From: the human T2T-CHM13v2.0 reference genome, Homo sapiens
Direction: 5' to 3' (one strand)
DNA length: 64,000 nucleotides
NCBI RefSeq assembly: GCF_009914755.1
Contig: NC_060927.1
Positions 25,278 to 40,544 of this stretch are shown piece after piece; the first letter of the stretch is position 1, and every line of letters starts with the position of its first letter. Under the pieces are notes generated by a model. The model made no database searches, was not told where the DNA came from, and saw only the letters and a list, made by a program, of their open reading frames with translations. The translations under genes and the position numbers were made by a program.

Positions 25278-27205
25278 ATTTTTTTTATCGTGGTGAATAA
25301 ACACAGCACAACTCTTGCCATCTTAACCACTTTTAAGTTCAGTGACATTAAATACATTCATAACGTTGTGCAAACCTAACTACCATCCATCTCCGTAACT
25401 CTTTTTATCTTGTAAAACTAAAACTTTAGACTTATAAAAACAATAACTCCCCATTCTCCACTCTCCCCAGCCCCTGACTGTCAGCATTCTGGCTCTATGA
25501 TTTTGGCTTTGCTGAGTACCTCATATAAGTGGAGTCGTACAGTATTGATCTTTTTGTGATTGGGTTATTTCACTTAGCATAATATCCTCAAGGTTCATCC
25601 ACATTGCAGCATATGTCAGAATTTCTTTTCTTTTTAAGGCTGAATAATATTCTATGTATGTATATAGCACATTTTGCTAATCCACTCATCAGTTAATGGA
25701 CACTTGGTTTGCTTTCAAATTTTAACTGTTGTGAAATTCTGCTATGAACATGGGTATACAAATATCTCTTCAAGGCGCTGCTTTCAATTTTGGGGGGATA
25801 TAGCCAGAAGTGGAATTGCTACATGATATAGTAATTCTACTTTTAATTTTTTTTTAGGAACTGCCGTACTGTTTTCCACAGTGGCTGAACCATTTTACAT
25901 TTCCACCAACAGTGCCCACACACACGAGTTCCAGTTTCCTTATATCCTTGCTGACATTTGCTACTTTCTGGCTTTTTGGTAGCAGTCATTCTAATGAGTG
26001 TGAGGTGGTATCTGATTGTAGTTTTGATTTGCAACATGATTAGTGATCTTGAGCATCTTGTCATGTACTTCCTGGACGTTTGTATACCTTCTTTGGAGAA
26101 ATGTCTATTCAAGATATTTGCCCATTTTTTTAAGTAAGTTATTTGTTTTCTTGCTGAGTTTTAAGAGTTCTCTTCAAATTCTGAATATTAATACCTTATA
26201 GATATAAAATTCACAACTATTTTCTGTCATTTTGCTGGTTGCCTTTTTATTATGCTGGTAGTGTCTTTTGATAAATATTTTTTAAAAATGTTATAGGGCT
26301 GGGTGCGGTGGCTCACGCCTGTAATCCCTGCACTTTGGGAGGCCGAGACGGGCGGATCATGAGGTCAGGAGATCAAGACCATCCTGGCTAACATGGTGAA
26401 ACCCCGTCTCTACTAATAATACAAAAAAAAAAAAAAATTAGCCGGGCCCGGTGGCAGGCGCCTGTAGTCCCAGCTACTCAGGAGGCTGAGGTAGGAGAAT
26501 GGCATGAACCCGGGAGGCGGAGCTTGCAGTGAGTCGAGATTGTGCCACTGCACTACAGCCTGGGAGACAGAGTAAGACTCTGTCTCAGAAAAAAAAAAAA
26601 AAGTTATAAATTCCAATTTGTCTAATTTTTCTTTTGTTGCATGTGTCTTTTGTGTCATGTCTGTTAACTCATTTCCAAATCTAATATTGTGAGGTTTTTG
26701 CCCTATGTTATTACCTAAGAGTTGTGTATGTTTTGGTCTTACATTTAGGTCTTTGATCTATTTTGAGTCAATTTTTGTATCTGGTTCTAGGTAAGGATCC
26801 AGTTTTATTACTTTGAAAGTGAGAATCCAGTTTTCCTGGTGCCGTTTGTTGTAAAGATTGTCTTTCTTCCATTAAATGGTCTTGGCACCCTTGTCAAAAC
26901 TCATATGACCATATATGAGAAGGCTTATTTCTGGGATACCTATTCTATCCCATTGGTGTGTGCATCTGTCTTTATGCTAGTTCTACACTATTTTGCAGTA
27001 AGTTTTGAAATAGAAAGTGTGAGTCCTCCAGCTTTGTTCTTCTTTTTCAAGATTGTCTCGGCTACTAGGGGTTGTTTGAGATTCCATATGAATTTAATGA
27101 TAAATTTTTCTATTCTACAAAAAATATAATTGGAATTTGATAGGAGTTGAATTGAAACTATATACCACTTTGGGCAATATGGATATCTTAAGCATATTCA
27201 GTCTT
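25278..27205 (-). mobile_element. L1MB (L1MB3-like) 3' portion, interrupted by AluY
   Basis: L1MB 3' UTR (aacaataactccccattctcc) and ORF2 C-terminal remnant (HCWWKCKMVQPLWK). Confidence 0.88.
26297..26602 (+). mobile_element. AluY
   Basis: Y-diagnostic gagaccatcctggctaac-like and ggagaatggcatgaacccgggaggcggagcttgcag segments; TSD aaaaatgttata/aaaaaagttata. Confidence 0.95.
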
Positions 27206-27461
27206 GGCCGGGTGCCTTGTCTCACACCTGTAATTCTAGCACTTTGGGAGGCTGAGGCAGGTGGATAACCTGAGGTCAGGAGTTTGAGACCAGCCTGTCC
27301 AACCTGGTGAAACCCTGTCTCTACTAAAAATACAAAAAATTAGCCACGCATGTTAGCAGGTGCCTGTATTCCCAGCTATTCAGGAGCCTGAGCTGGGAGA
27401 ATCACTTGAACCCGGGACAGGGAGGCTGCAATGAGCTGAGATCACACCACTGCACTCCTGC
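27206..27461 (+). mobile_element. AluS, 3' truncated
   Basis: Alu body ends abruptly at ...cactgcactcctgcc with no tail. Confidence 0.92.
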
Positions 27462-27621
27462 CTTCCTAAGTTTTTGGGAATACTGATTTGGATAATAATA
27501 AAACTGGTCTTTCATGCAGCCAGTGCTATGTGAAAAACTTTTTTTCTGTTGCAATTCCTCTGTCTTGATAAGTCGGTTCTGTCTACGTATCCAGGCAAGG
27601 TGTGTCTGTTGAGTGGTAACA
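27462..27621 (+). mobile_element. LTR8-like (ERV1) LTR 3' remnant
   Basis: ctgatttggataataataaaact...gcaattcctctgtcttgataagtcggttctgtcta...gtggtaaca matches the recalled LTR8 3' end. Confidence 0.75.
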
Positions 27622-28352
<731 letters not shown>

Positions 28353-28407
28353 TTTATTCTTTAAGCCACTATTAGTCATTGTTTTCATCACCTCATCTTC
28401 ACCCCAT

Positions 28408-28886
28408 TGATATGAGAGGGATATCCATCCTAGAGTTATGCAGCTGGCTGAACACTTGATACCCAACACTGAACAGATGATATAGACAACAGTCTATTAG
28501 TCACATAATCACAGTTCAGAGAGAAAGACACTACATTTCATGCAGGGCCCCACAGAGAGTGTACTCAAGAACAGCGTGAACAACCAGGCGTTCTTGGAGG
28601 AAGGCTTGTAGTATCAAGGATTTGAGGTAATTCCTGGTTCCCATAGAGTATGTGACTGGCTTGTTTGCATAACTATTTAAATGGCAGTAAACTGAAACCT
28701 GCTCTCTAGAGATAAATGAGAACTGCATTTGGTCTATTTGATAAGGAGGGCTGTTTGGCTAGGGGACTTTATCCACAGGAGCAGAGTATGGTAGACAACT
28801 CGTAGTTAGGCCATTTGAAATCCTCTCAACTTTCCCAGATGTAAAAGCAACATATAATATTAAACGGTAATTTTAGTCCTCATGCC
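28408..28886 (-). mobile_element. Old ERV-class solo LTR, family uncertain
   Basis: tg...ca-bounded ~480 bp segment with LTR-like composition. Confidence 0.45.
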
Positions 28887-30659
28887 ATGGCCACATATTC
28901 TGTTACTTGCAAGTGAAAGTGCCCTAAGTAATAGACGTGCTGATGAAGTGGCTTAATTAGCTTTCATTGAACCTGGCTTTGAGAGATTTACCAAAAAGGA
29001 TATGAAGATGTAATTTGATGGAGAAGACATTTAAAGTGATAGTAAATACCCATATATGTCTTTTTTGGCCACTCACCAAAAGTTCAGAAGATCATTTATT
29101 CAGTAATAAAAATAGATTATGTAGGCTTAGCTTAAATATTTAACAAAAAAGAACAATCTACCAACAAGAAAAACAGCCAATTATATTTTAGCAAAAATTA
29201 CACTTGTACCACTTTTATACTTCTAGATGGTAATTGTAGACGGAAAAATGTGTTTTTAAATATTTTGCTTAGGTTTAACTAAATAACTTTGTAGTAAATT
29301 CATTTTTATTTTACTTTCACTTGCTTTATTTGACCAGGATTTAGGTATTATATTAAATAAAATTATATATTCTTGTTCTTATATCCTTTCTTCTAACACC
29401 CTATTATACAAATTCCTAGATAATTTAATTATGTAATAATTATTGTATCAGATGTTTTAGGTGTTTGGCTACAAGTTCCCCTACTACATTCTTTTAGGAT
29501 TTCTCGTTTGTAATCTCCCCTCTCATTTTCTAGCTTCTAGTAAAAGGCCTAAAAATGGCTGCCATTGTATGTGAATCTATCTCTCCTTCTACAACAGCTT
29601 ATGTGAATTTCTGACTTCCTGCATGTATCCAACCTAGAAACTCTATTTAAAATTTAAAGTTTTGCCTGTCAACTTGAATACTATGCTTCTGAGTGACTCT
29701 TCTTGATATTGATAGCACTTTCAGTTTTACTCCCTGTCTCCCTGCTCGGGTCCAACTGCCTGCCACTCAGACCAGTGACTTAGTCCTCTGCATTTCATGA
29801 TCATTGCAGAGTTTAATTATTCAGTTCTGGCTGAGCATTCCTTTACTCTCATTTTCTTAACAGCTGGCCTGACGAGACTCTATCTATTTTTAGATCAACT
29901 GAATTCTGGTAGTTTCATCTTGATCTCGTGACTATTATTAGGTGAGGCAAGAAGGAGGAGAAAAAGAATACCATACAGCCAGATTATTCTTACTGCTTTT
30001 AGTGAGTGAATTCTTGAAAAAGTACTTTCATTGTTAATTTTGCCAAGGATATTTAATCTAATAATTGGAAGGACAAAACTAAGTAAAAAATTATTCATAC
30101 AATATAAACAGTTTAGTGACTTCCAATGTTTGCCAAGGAGTATATTAAATTCCTGTTAATACTGCAGAACTCATTATTTTAAATGGGCATACAGATTTGG
30201 AATTTACATGAAAATAGAAAAAGGAAATTTGGTCATCATTAATGTGGCTTGGGCAACCCTAACTATAATTAGTTTAAATATATAATTAAAATACATTCTT
30301 TCTAATAAAACAAAAAGTATTTTAGCATCAAAGGCCAAATTTCAGCAGATATTGTAAAGTTTCAGAATGTTCAAATGAGGTATGCATATTCTGTTCTTTT
30401 AATGCATTTAAAATTTTGACTTCAAATCAAGCGTTTGAAGAGATTTTATATATATAAACCTACATATATATATATGTATGTCTCAAAATTATGAAAATAA
30501 ATATCAAAGGTTGAACAATTTAAACTTTTTTCTCTAAAACATCATATACATTCAGATGTAAATTCAGGGTAACTTTTTTTTTTAGAAAAATGATATATTT
30601 TATTTGTTACCATGTCCAAAATATCATCATTTCAATATGAAATTAGTGTTTTTTTAATT

Positions 30660-31830
30660 AAATCTTTTTTTCTTTTTCAACATATATCTTAGATTCTTGG
30701 GTACACGTGCAGGCTTGTTACAAAGGTATATTGTGTGATGCTGGGGTTTGGAGTACAATTCAACCTGTCACCCAGGAAGTGATCATAGTACCCAATAGGT
30801 AGTTTTTCAGCCCTTGTCTCCCTCTTCCCTTCCCCTGTTGTATTCTCCAATGTCTATTGTTCCCATCTTTATGTCCATGTGTACCCAATGTTTACCTCCC
30901 ACTTATAAGTGAGAGCATGTGGTATTTGGTTTTCAGCTTGTGCATTAGTTTACTTAGGATAATCACCTCCAGCTCTATTCAATGTTGCTGCAAATAACAT
31001 AATTTCATTATTTTCTATGGTGCATATGTATCGCATTTTCTTTAATCCTCCACTGATGAGCACCTGAGTTGGTTTCATGTCTTTGCTATTGTGAATAGTG
31101 CTATGATGAGCATATGGATACCTGTATTTTCAGTACAGTAATTTATTTTCCTTTGAGTATATACCCAGTAATGAGATTACTGTGTCAAATGGTAGTTCAA
31201 CCCTGTTCTTTGAAAAATATCCAAACTGCTCTCCATAGTGGCTGCACTAATTTATACTCCCACCAGCAGTGTATAAGCATTCCATTTTCTCTGCAACCTA
31301 GCCAGCATCTATTATTGTTTGACTTTTTAACAAAGCCATTCTCACTGGTGTGAGATAGTATATCATTGTGATTTTGATTTGCATTTCTCTAATGATTATG
31401 ATGCTGACCACTTTTTGGTATGTTTGTTGGCCACTTGGATGTCGTCATTTAAGAAGTGTCTGTTTGTATCTTTTGGCCACTTTTAAATGGGGTTGTTTTT
31501 TCATTGTTTATTTGTTTAGTTCCTTTTAGATTCTGGATAGTAGGCCTATGTCAGATGCATAGTTTGCAAATATTTTCTTCCATGCTGTAGGTTGTCTGTT
31601 TACTCTGTCAATAGTTTCTCTTGCTGTGTGGAAGTTCTTTACTTCAATTAGGTCCTACTCATGGATTTTTGTTGTTGTTGCAATTGCTTTTGAAGAGGGC
31701 CATAAATTATTTTCCAAGGCTGATGTGAGAAAGTTATTTTCAAGGTTTTCTTCTGGAATTTATATAGTTCGAGAATGTATACTTAAGTCTTTAATCTATC
31801 TTGAGTTAATTTTGCTATATGGTGACAGGG
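30660..31830 (-). mobile_element. L1PA15-17-like 3' portion, 5' truncated
   Basis: gggtacacgtgcaggcttgttacaaaggtatattgtgtgatgctggggtttgg 3' UTR followed by ORF2 remnant. Confidence 0.9.
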
Positions 31831-33104
31831 GCCTGAATGTCACCCTGAATGTCTGGTTAACATTTTTAATAAATGATGTTAATGCCTCACTAGCAAATAC
31901 AAATAGACTAATAAATATTAAGTTGATATTTATAAACTGTTTTTTACTTTTCTGCCAATATTTTAGACATAGGAGTTTAAATTTTAAAAAGATATTAAAA
32001 CATTATAAAATATTCCAGTTTTGCCAATACCTTGAAATTGATTAATCACATTATGAATGGTTTTGACATATAAACAAAGAAATTTTTTTAATGAACTCTT
32101 TTCTCCCTCCTCCAAAAATTTTAAAAATGCCAGATTGTTATAGAAACATGGTGTCTGATTCTCCTATAAGCACAAATGCTCTTTCACACTTGGGTGCTTG
32201 TTCAAGTCTAGAAACTTTGGCTCAACCTGCAGGCACAGGCTGTGGGAAGAAAAGGCTTAGAAGCCTGTGGTAGAAGTCAGCAAACTTAGGGTGACTGGAG
32301 AAGAATTGCCTACTCAGTTCCTTAATTGGTGGCCAATGAATGACAGTAACTTACTATAGTTATTCAGTTATACCAACATTGACAGGACTTTCCCACAGTT
32401 ATCAAGCAAATAAAACACAATATTTTATGGGATTTTTGGTTTAGAATTATCAAATTTGATTAATTTTATAGATTTTTTTCTCATCTTATTTTATCTTAAA
32501 TTGAAATGTAAAGAAATCACAATATAATTTTTATCTATCAAATAATAATCTTGAGATATTTATTTGGGTCTAATAAATTTAATGTACTGTTTATTTTTTT
32601 ATTTGAATAGTTGCCCAATTTGAGCAATTATACTCTGTAAAGAAAAGATGAAATCTTAGGAACAAAATATGTTGTCTTGTATCTTTCAGCATTTTATTTA
32701 AATAAAATTCCATTTACTTGGCAATCATACAAAGCTAAGCTATTTCAATTCACTTTCCCTCTGTTTATCACTTTATCCCTTTCCTCTTTTTTGTTTCTTC
32801 ATTTCTTCCTTCTTTCATCTATTTTTAGTTGTTTTATTCACAATTTCAGATCATTTTACAAATAATCTTTAGATGCCAATATTGAAAGCAAATTCACAGT
32901 CTAGACATATTAGAGATTTACCTAGTAGAATTGTATTTGTTTCCACTAAACGGAATTAATGTACAGCAGTATTCAGTCTTGTGCATTGGAAGAGAAACGT
33001 ATTCAGGAATTAATATTTAAATAGAATATCTGAATTGTGGCAGATTTTGGTGTTATTTTTATATTTTAGTGTTGTGGTAAACATGTATTATTTTCTTTAC
33101 TTTA

Positions 33105-33508
<404 letters not shown>

Positions 33509-34711
33509 AAAAAGTTTGATGTATATATTTCTTATATTGTTTTATAAGTAAACTAAACCAACATAAGCATATTTAGGCAAAATGGTTTTAAAATCATGTG
33601 CGTAGATATGTTAATGCTATGAAAATTGATCCCTTGATTTATAAAAGCTTTCTGAAACTAAATGATATTGAATTAAATTTATATTTAAGCAATATATTAT
33701 AATATTTCATAATATTACATTTATTATGCAGTCATATTATAATTCAAGTGGGCATAGGGCAATTAAATCGAGATTTGTACAATAGATTTGAGAAAGCAAT
33801 AGAGCTTGAACAGGGTAGTAATTTTACTATTTGGACTCCATATTTTTCAGCTATCCCAACATACACATGTACCTATCAACTGAAAAATGTAGCTGGACAA
33901 AACTGTAATATTCTAAGGTTCTACAGCTCTGGCTGTAATACTAGTTATCATTCTCTTTGTTATTGACAACAAATATAGTCTCTGTCTCAGTTAAAGATTC
34001 CTTTCATTGCTGTCTGAATTTGTTGTTTATAATTTGTCTCTTTGGCTTAACTGGAGAGATTATTTCTCTCTCAAGGCCCATGCTATTTCTTACTACTTGT
34101 TTATGACATATCGCACTGGAATCAGATCCTCATCGTATTGCTCAAGTGAGTCAGCAGATTGGCTTGTTTGGATGATTATGGAAGTGGGTGAAATATGGGA
34201 TGGTATTTAATCTGGTAAAAATGGAGTTAAGAGTGGTGTAAAAGGAAACTAAATCTTGGGGCCACAAAATCCCTAAGCTAAAGGGAGAAGTCAAGCTGGG
34301 AACTGCTTAGGGCAAATCTGTCTCCCATTCTATTCAAAGTCACCCCTCTGCTCACTGAGATAAATGTGTATCTGATTGCCTCATTTGGAGAGCCTAATCA
34401 GAAATGCAAAAGAATGCAGTGATTTTCATTTTATCCACTTATGACCTGGAAGCCCTCTCCCCACTTCAAGTTGTCTGACCTTTGCCTTGAGTTGTCCCAC
34501 CTTTCCAGACTGAACCACTGTACATCTCAAACATACTAATTGATGTTTTATATCTCCCTAAAATGTATAAAATCAAGCTGTGCCCCTACCACCTTGGGCA
34601 GTTGTCTTCAGGACCTCCTGAGGCTGTGTCATGGGAGCCTGTCCTCAATATTGGCAAAATAAACTTTCTAAATTAACTGTAACCTGTCTTAGATTTTCTA
34701 GGTTTACATTT

Positions 34712-34731
34712 TGGTAACCACGAAGGGATTC
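34712..34731 (+). promoter_or_regulatory. Retroviral primer-binding site, tRNA-Arg type
   Basis: TGGTAACCACGAAGGGATTC, 3 nt after the 5' LTR; reverse complement GAATCCCTTCGTGGTTACCA matches the recalled 3' end of tRNA-Arg(TCG) plus CCA. Confidence 0.8.
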
Positions 34732-34859
34732 TGAGTGGAGATGCCCATGACCTTTGACAAATCTTCTATTGCTTGAAACCAGCATGAGCTAACTTTATGG
34801 CTCAAACCCATAGGACAAATTGCTGAGGTCTGAGAGCACCCCCTTCATAGAATCCCTGA

Positions 34860-35231
<372 letters not shown>

Positions 35232-38200
35232 TGAAGGCAAGATTTCCTGTTTCGATGATGATGGAAGGCAGGCAACTCCTTTATAGAGTTTGAGCTCACT
35301 GCCAGCAGGGAAGACGAGTTTGAGTTTTTTGTTTGGAACAATGAAATTTTGTAGGGATTAATTTTTGTTTTAATAAATTATAAGATATTTTGATTTTTTA
35401 ACCCGAAGTTTAACTTTTATTGCATCTTGCTGTTTTTGGTTTTCTCTCCCCTTTTAAAGGGCTTGAAATAGTAATGCTTTCCTTCAACTGATTTTCAGCT
35501 AATTATGTTTTTTTTTTTCCTCAAGTTCTACTGGTTGTGGCCTGATGCTAACAATGTTTCCTTAAAGGTCTGAAGGAATTGAATTATTCCAGCATAATAT
35601 TCTGTGCAGTGCATAAGGTCATTTATTTTGCCTTTTGGTAACTAGTTTAACAGATTTTATGTTTTATCAGAACAATTTCTAGACCATTAGTATTAACTTT
35701 TGGTTTGCTTAGGAAAAAAACTGAGATTTTTTAGAAAATTAATTAAGGTTATTACATCCATGTATCTTTATGTGCTTTTAAAGTACTTGTGACATTGAGT
35801 TACAGGGCTTTGACTTCTGGGTCTAAAAAGGATTCCAAGTCCTGCTAATTCTTAAACACTGATAGCAATTAAAGCCTCTTCTTCAGGCCTGGTAGAAGAT
35901 GCCAATAAAAATAAACTGCATTCCTGAGACCAGGAATTAAAGCTATTCAATTCCTCAGGGACCAAGGATTATCACGGAAGAGGTGTGCTGTGAGATTGTA
36001 AGGGCAGATATTGAAAAAGAGAATAAGTTCAGCTTCTCTATAAGTTAATCATTAATGTCAAAGGCACACTGATGTAAGATGAGCATATGGGCTCCTGTTT
36101 CAGATTAACAAGGTTTTCTTTAAGCATTAACTGTCTCCTTAATAAATGTTATAAGGGTTATAAAGAGCTTATGGAAGTTATACCATATAATCAAGAATAA
36201 AATTTTATCAATTGTTTATAAAATTTTGAAAAACAAATTTAATTGTCTTCATGCTGCTTTTATTAGGCCTTATTGTTTTGAAAATTAAGTCTACTCTCTC
36301 AAAGAATGAAGGTTTTCACCTTTTTTTGAAATCCTTGAGTTCTGACTTTGGCCAATTAAACGACTTATTTTACAAAGACCTGTGATATCAAGTGTTTTAA
36401 ACCTTTGATATTTGGCAAACTTTCCAAAGTCAAATTATAAATTATGTCTTTTTCTGATCTAATTAATCTTTTAAGATATTAGGTTTCCTAAAGCCCAAAA
36501 ATGACATACTTTGGCTTATTTGGTAGAAAAATTATATATGAAACATTGTCAAATATAAAATGGTGTTTTATTTTCTTTGGGCTGTATTTGTATGAATGTT
36601 ATTGGTATGTGTTCCAAAATTATGAAAAACTCCTATAAGTCTGACATGACTTAATGTACATTATCACTAATAATTATAATTGTTATGTTAAATTATGTAT
36701 GCCACAGCAGTAACAAATTTTCTTGTCAACTGTGTCCTTGATTATGGCTGCCCTAAAACTTTTCATCATCCACCTACAATTGTTGTCTTTTATTGGTCCT
36801 CTTTAGAAGGTGATTTTATAATCTGCTATAAAACTCTAACGTATACTCTCAAATACAAGTTTCTGATAAGTTTGGAGATTGTGACATCAGAAGAGAAAAA
36901 AACTTTACAACTCATGAAGAACTAAGATGTTCATGAATATCAAGCAGAACAGGAATTAACTACAGGGACTGATCTAATAGAAGACTGAAGTAATCTTGTC
37001 GAATTTTTGCTTAAAACGTTGCTGATCCTTTGTTTTGCTTTTTCAGAGTCAAGTAAACTTCTTTTGAGCTATTGACAGCTTTTAACGATTTAGTATACAC
37101 GTAGGAACAAAATTTAGAACATATTCATTTTTCTGTTCCTGATTTCTCCAGAATTTGGGAACTATTTGCGAATTTTCTTAACTTATGGCAGTACAGATGT
37201 TCACATAAGTGCAATAAGAATCTGTTTTCATTTATAACGGGACACAATTGGAGAAACTGATTATTTTACCAAGGCTTTCACTGGAATGGTGTGCTTTCCT
37301 TTAAAGGATCAGACTTAACTTACAGAGCAAACAAAAGGTCCTTGAGAAAACTGGCCTAATACCTTGTCTACACCATCCCTGTACAGGGTTTCTGCACTGT
37401 GTTAAATAAGGAATGTCACTTTCTGACAGGCCCAGGAGCCCCATATTTATCTTGGAACTTCAAGAGGAGAAGAATTCGCCCAACTAACAGGTTGATACAA
37501 ATGTACAAATATGATGGTACAAATTCATGGCTGGGATCAGCTTTTAAAAAATCTTATCTGAGGCTCCTTCTATAAAACAAGGTTTCATCAAAGCCAATTT
37601 AAAAGCCTATGTAAAAAAATAATTATTCTTGCTGCACCATATACAAATAATCAGGCAATGTAAAATAAAACAAATCAGTCCTGCCATGATTTGTCTTTAG
37701 TCAAAATGGGAAACTGGAGAGAGAAAAAAAATGTTTTAAAACTATAGTACATCTGTTTTAGATTCTAGTTTTACCCGTTTTTCAATTTTTATTGTTTTCT
37801 ACAGTTTGGACCAAATTCAAATTTTTCTTGGCTACAAGAATTCAAAATAATGTTTTCAACTTTTTTCCTTCTTCCCCCCTCATTTTTCGTAATTTGGAGT
37901 CACTGAAGCCCAAGCTGTGCTTTTGTAACACCCTGCAAACTGAAGCTAGACAAATTAACTTCAGAAGAAAATAACAGCAACCTGTTTACATACAGAAACC
38001 ATTTCATACCTACCTACTGATGTATGAACTTCAGAGTAGTGTCACCTATATTGATTTTCCAGGAATGTTCTTTTGTTTTTGTTTTTCTCCCTTCCTCCAC
38101 TTAGTTTCTTTTTATAAGACATGAAACTTCACAACTTGCTAAAAATGAACTTTCCTAATAAACCATCCTAGAAATAAACCATCCTAGCCATGAAAGATCA

Positions 38201-38753
38201 GTCAAACCTTGCAACCAGAGACTCATTTTCTCCTAAAATGCCTTCTTCAAATGATTTTTAAAAAGAGAAGGGAGAAATGTGAAAGGAAAATAAATCTTGG
38301 GGACCCAAAATCACTAAGCTATAGGGAAAAGTCAAGCGGGGAACTGCTTATGCAAACCTGCCTCCCATTTTATTCAATGTCACTCCTCTTCTCAATGAAA
38401 TAAATGCATATTTGATTGCCTCATTTGGAGAGGCTAATCAGAAACTTAAAAGAATGCAACCATTTGTCTCTTATCTACCTATGATCTAGAAGCACCCTCC
38501 CCACTTTGAGTTGTCCTGCCTTCTCCTCGAGTAGTCCCACCTTTCCAGACTGAACCAATGTACATCTTGTAGATAATTTATTTATGTCTCATATCTTCTT
38601 AAAATTTATAATACCAAGCTGTGCCCCTACTGCTGTAGGCACTTGTCAGCAGGATCTCCTGGGGCTGTGTCATGGGCGTGCATCCTCAACACTGACAAAA
38701 TAAACTTTCTAAAATAACTGAGATTTTTCTCAGATTTTTGGGGTTCACAGTGG

Positions 38754-39178
38754 TGTGGTAGATTGTTTTCAAAATTTGTCACAAAATTTCTTTCATTTCC
38801 TTTAATCATATACTTAGTAATGAAAATTGCTGTTGCCATTATCAAGAAGTAGAGTCTATTTTCCCTTAGTTTGAATGATGAGGATGGTTTCAGGCATGCT
38901 TTGACTAATGGAATGCAACAAGATTTTTGTGACTTTTGAACATGAAAACATCATGTTGTAAAGAAACTGGAGCAAAAAACCCTATGGAAAGACAGGTAGA
39001 GCCATGCTCACCGTCTCAGTTGAACCTAGCCTCCAGCTGACAGGCAGATGAACACAGCTACGTGAGTGAGCCCAGAGTGACCCCATTCAACCTAAAAATC
39101 ATGAAAACCAATATACAGTTGTTATTTTAAGTTACACAGGTTTTTTTGGCTTGCTACGCAGCAACAGATAAATGGGAA
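38754..39178 (+). mobile_element. MLT1 (H-like) solo LTR
   Basis: tgtggtagattg... start directly after the MER4 TSD; ...gttgttattttaagttac...ttgctacgcagcaacagataa end. Confidence 0.7.
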
Positions 39179-39361
39179 AAGAGAACAGTAAGACACAGGG
39201 TACTTATCTAAGGTACAGTAGTGAAAGTGACAAAATCTAGAGGCTTGGTCAAATCAGGTAGAAAGGACGTTGATATAAGGAATCTTGAGGGTGCTTACAT
39301 AGAAAGGTTCTATACATTCTTCAGAGATATATGGCTGTGAATAAGATTTCCATTCTTTTAG

Positions 39362-39454
39362 TAGGCATATGTGGGGCATTCCTTAGGCATATGTGGGGCA
39401 TTCCTTAGGCGTATGTGGGGCATTCCTTAGGCGTATGTGGGGCATTCCTTAGGC
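39362..39454. repeat. 22-bp minisatellite, 4.2 copies (TAGGCRTATGTGGGGCATTCCT)
   Basis: Four contiguous units, identical except one A/G position (A,A,G,G). Confidence 0.97.
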
Positions 39455-40544
39455 CTCTAGCAAGAATTACACAAAGGGTTGGAATTCAGGGTCTCAGTTT
39501 TAAAGAACCTAGACTGCTAACATATCTATTAGACCCATTAGGATGAGGTATAGGATACAAATCTAGTTCTTAGGTTGTATTAAGCATGATGGGTACAAGA
39601 TACTAGGTTGAGGCTCAGTGTTTACCCAAGATTTATGGAGTGAAGAATTCAGACAAGCATTTTTCTAACCCTGGACTGTGAATCCAAAGATCCTGATCTA
39701 CATTTCTACCAAAATGAATGCCTGAGACTCAGGTTTTTTGTAAATATTTGATCAGTTCTCAAGGAAATCTTAGACCAAAAAGGAGATGGGCGTGAGAGAG
39801 TAAAGAGGAGCAGTGACCCAGAGTCAGATAAAGGAAGGTAGAGACATGGAATAGGCTCTTCTTATATAATCTATGTCTGATTTATGACTCTAAGTATTTT
39901 GTAAGGTATTCCAGTATAAAAACTTAATCTCTTTTACTATTGTGTATCTTAAAGAATGTTTTAAAATATCTTTTCATAAATTATAGATATTTTGGCTAAG
40001 ATACCCTTTGAAGCCAATATCATCTCCTTTTAAAATGGAAAATGAGCCTCAAAAAAAAAAAAAAAAGAAAAAAGAACCTGAGATCCAAACACTGCAGCTC
40101 CTAGCAACAGTAGGAGCATGTGTTGCCAACACTATTAATATGTTCAATGAATATCAAAGTAAATAATGATTCAATTTTACATTAATTGAAAAATAGTCAC
40201 TAAAGCAATTGATGTACATATTTGTTATATACTACATATCTTCTAAAGATATCAGCTTATGTGATTTTAGCATGGTATTAATCTCATGAACACCAAAATA
40301 ATATTTATTTTAATTATATGATTTCCTTTTAGATTTTTATAACATTAACAGTGAAACTAAAGTAATGTATCTAATTTATATCTGTACAGCTATATCTGCA
40401 TAGCTATATCTATATAGCTACAGATAAATAGATTAGGTTGATAGATGAAAATGTATATATGTAGACCTATATGTATATGTAGAGAGATACTTACATACTA
40501 TCAGAAGAACTTAAAAACATCAGTCAACATAATTATTAGCTTCA

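Noticed and set aside
39362-39454. CRISPR-like short direct repeats
   Set aside because: Units are contiguous with no spacers, there are no cas genes, and the DNA is primate
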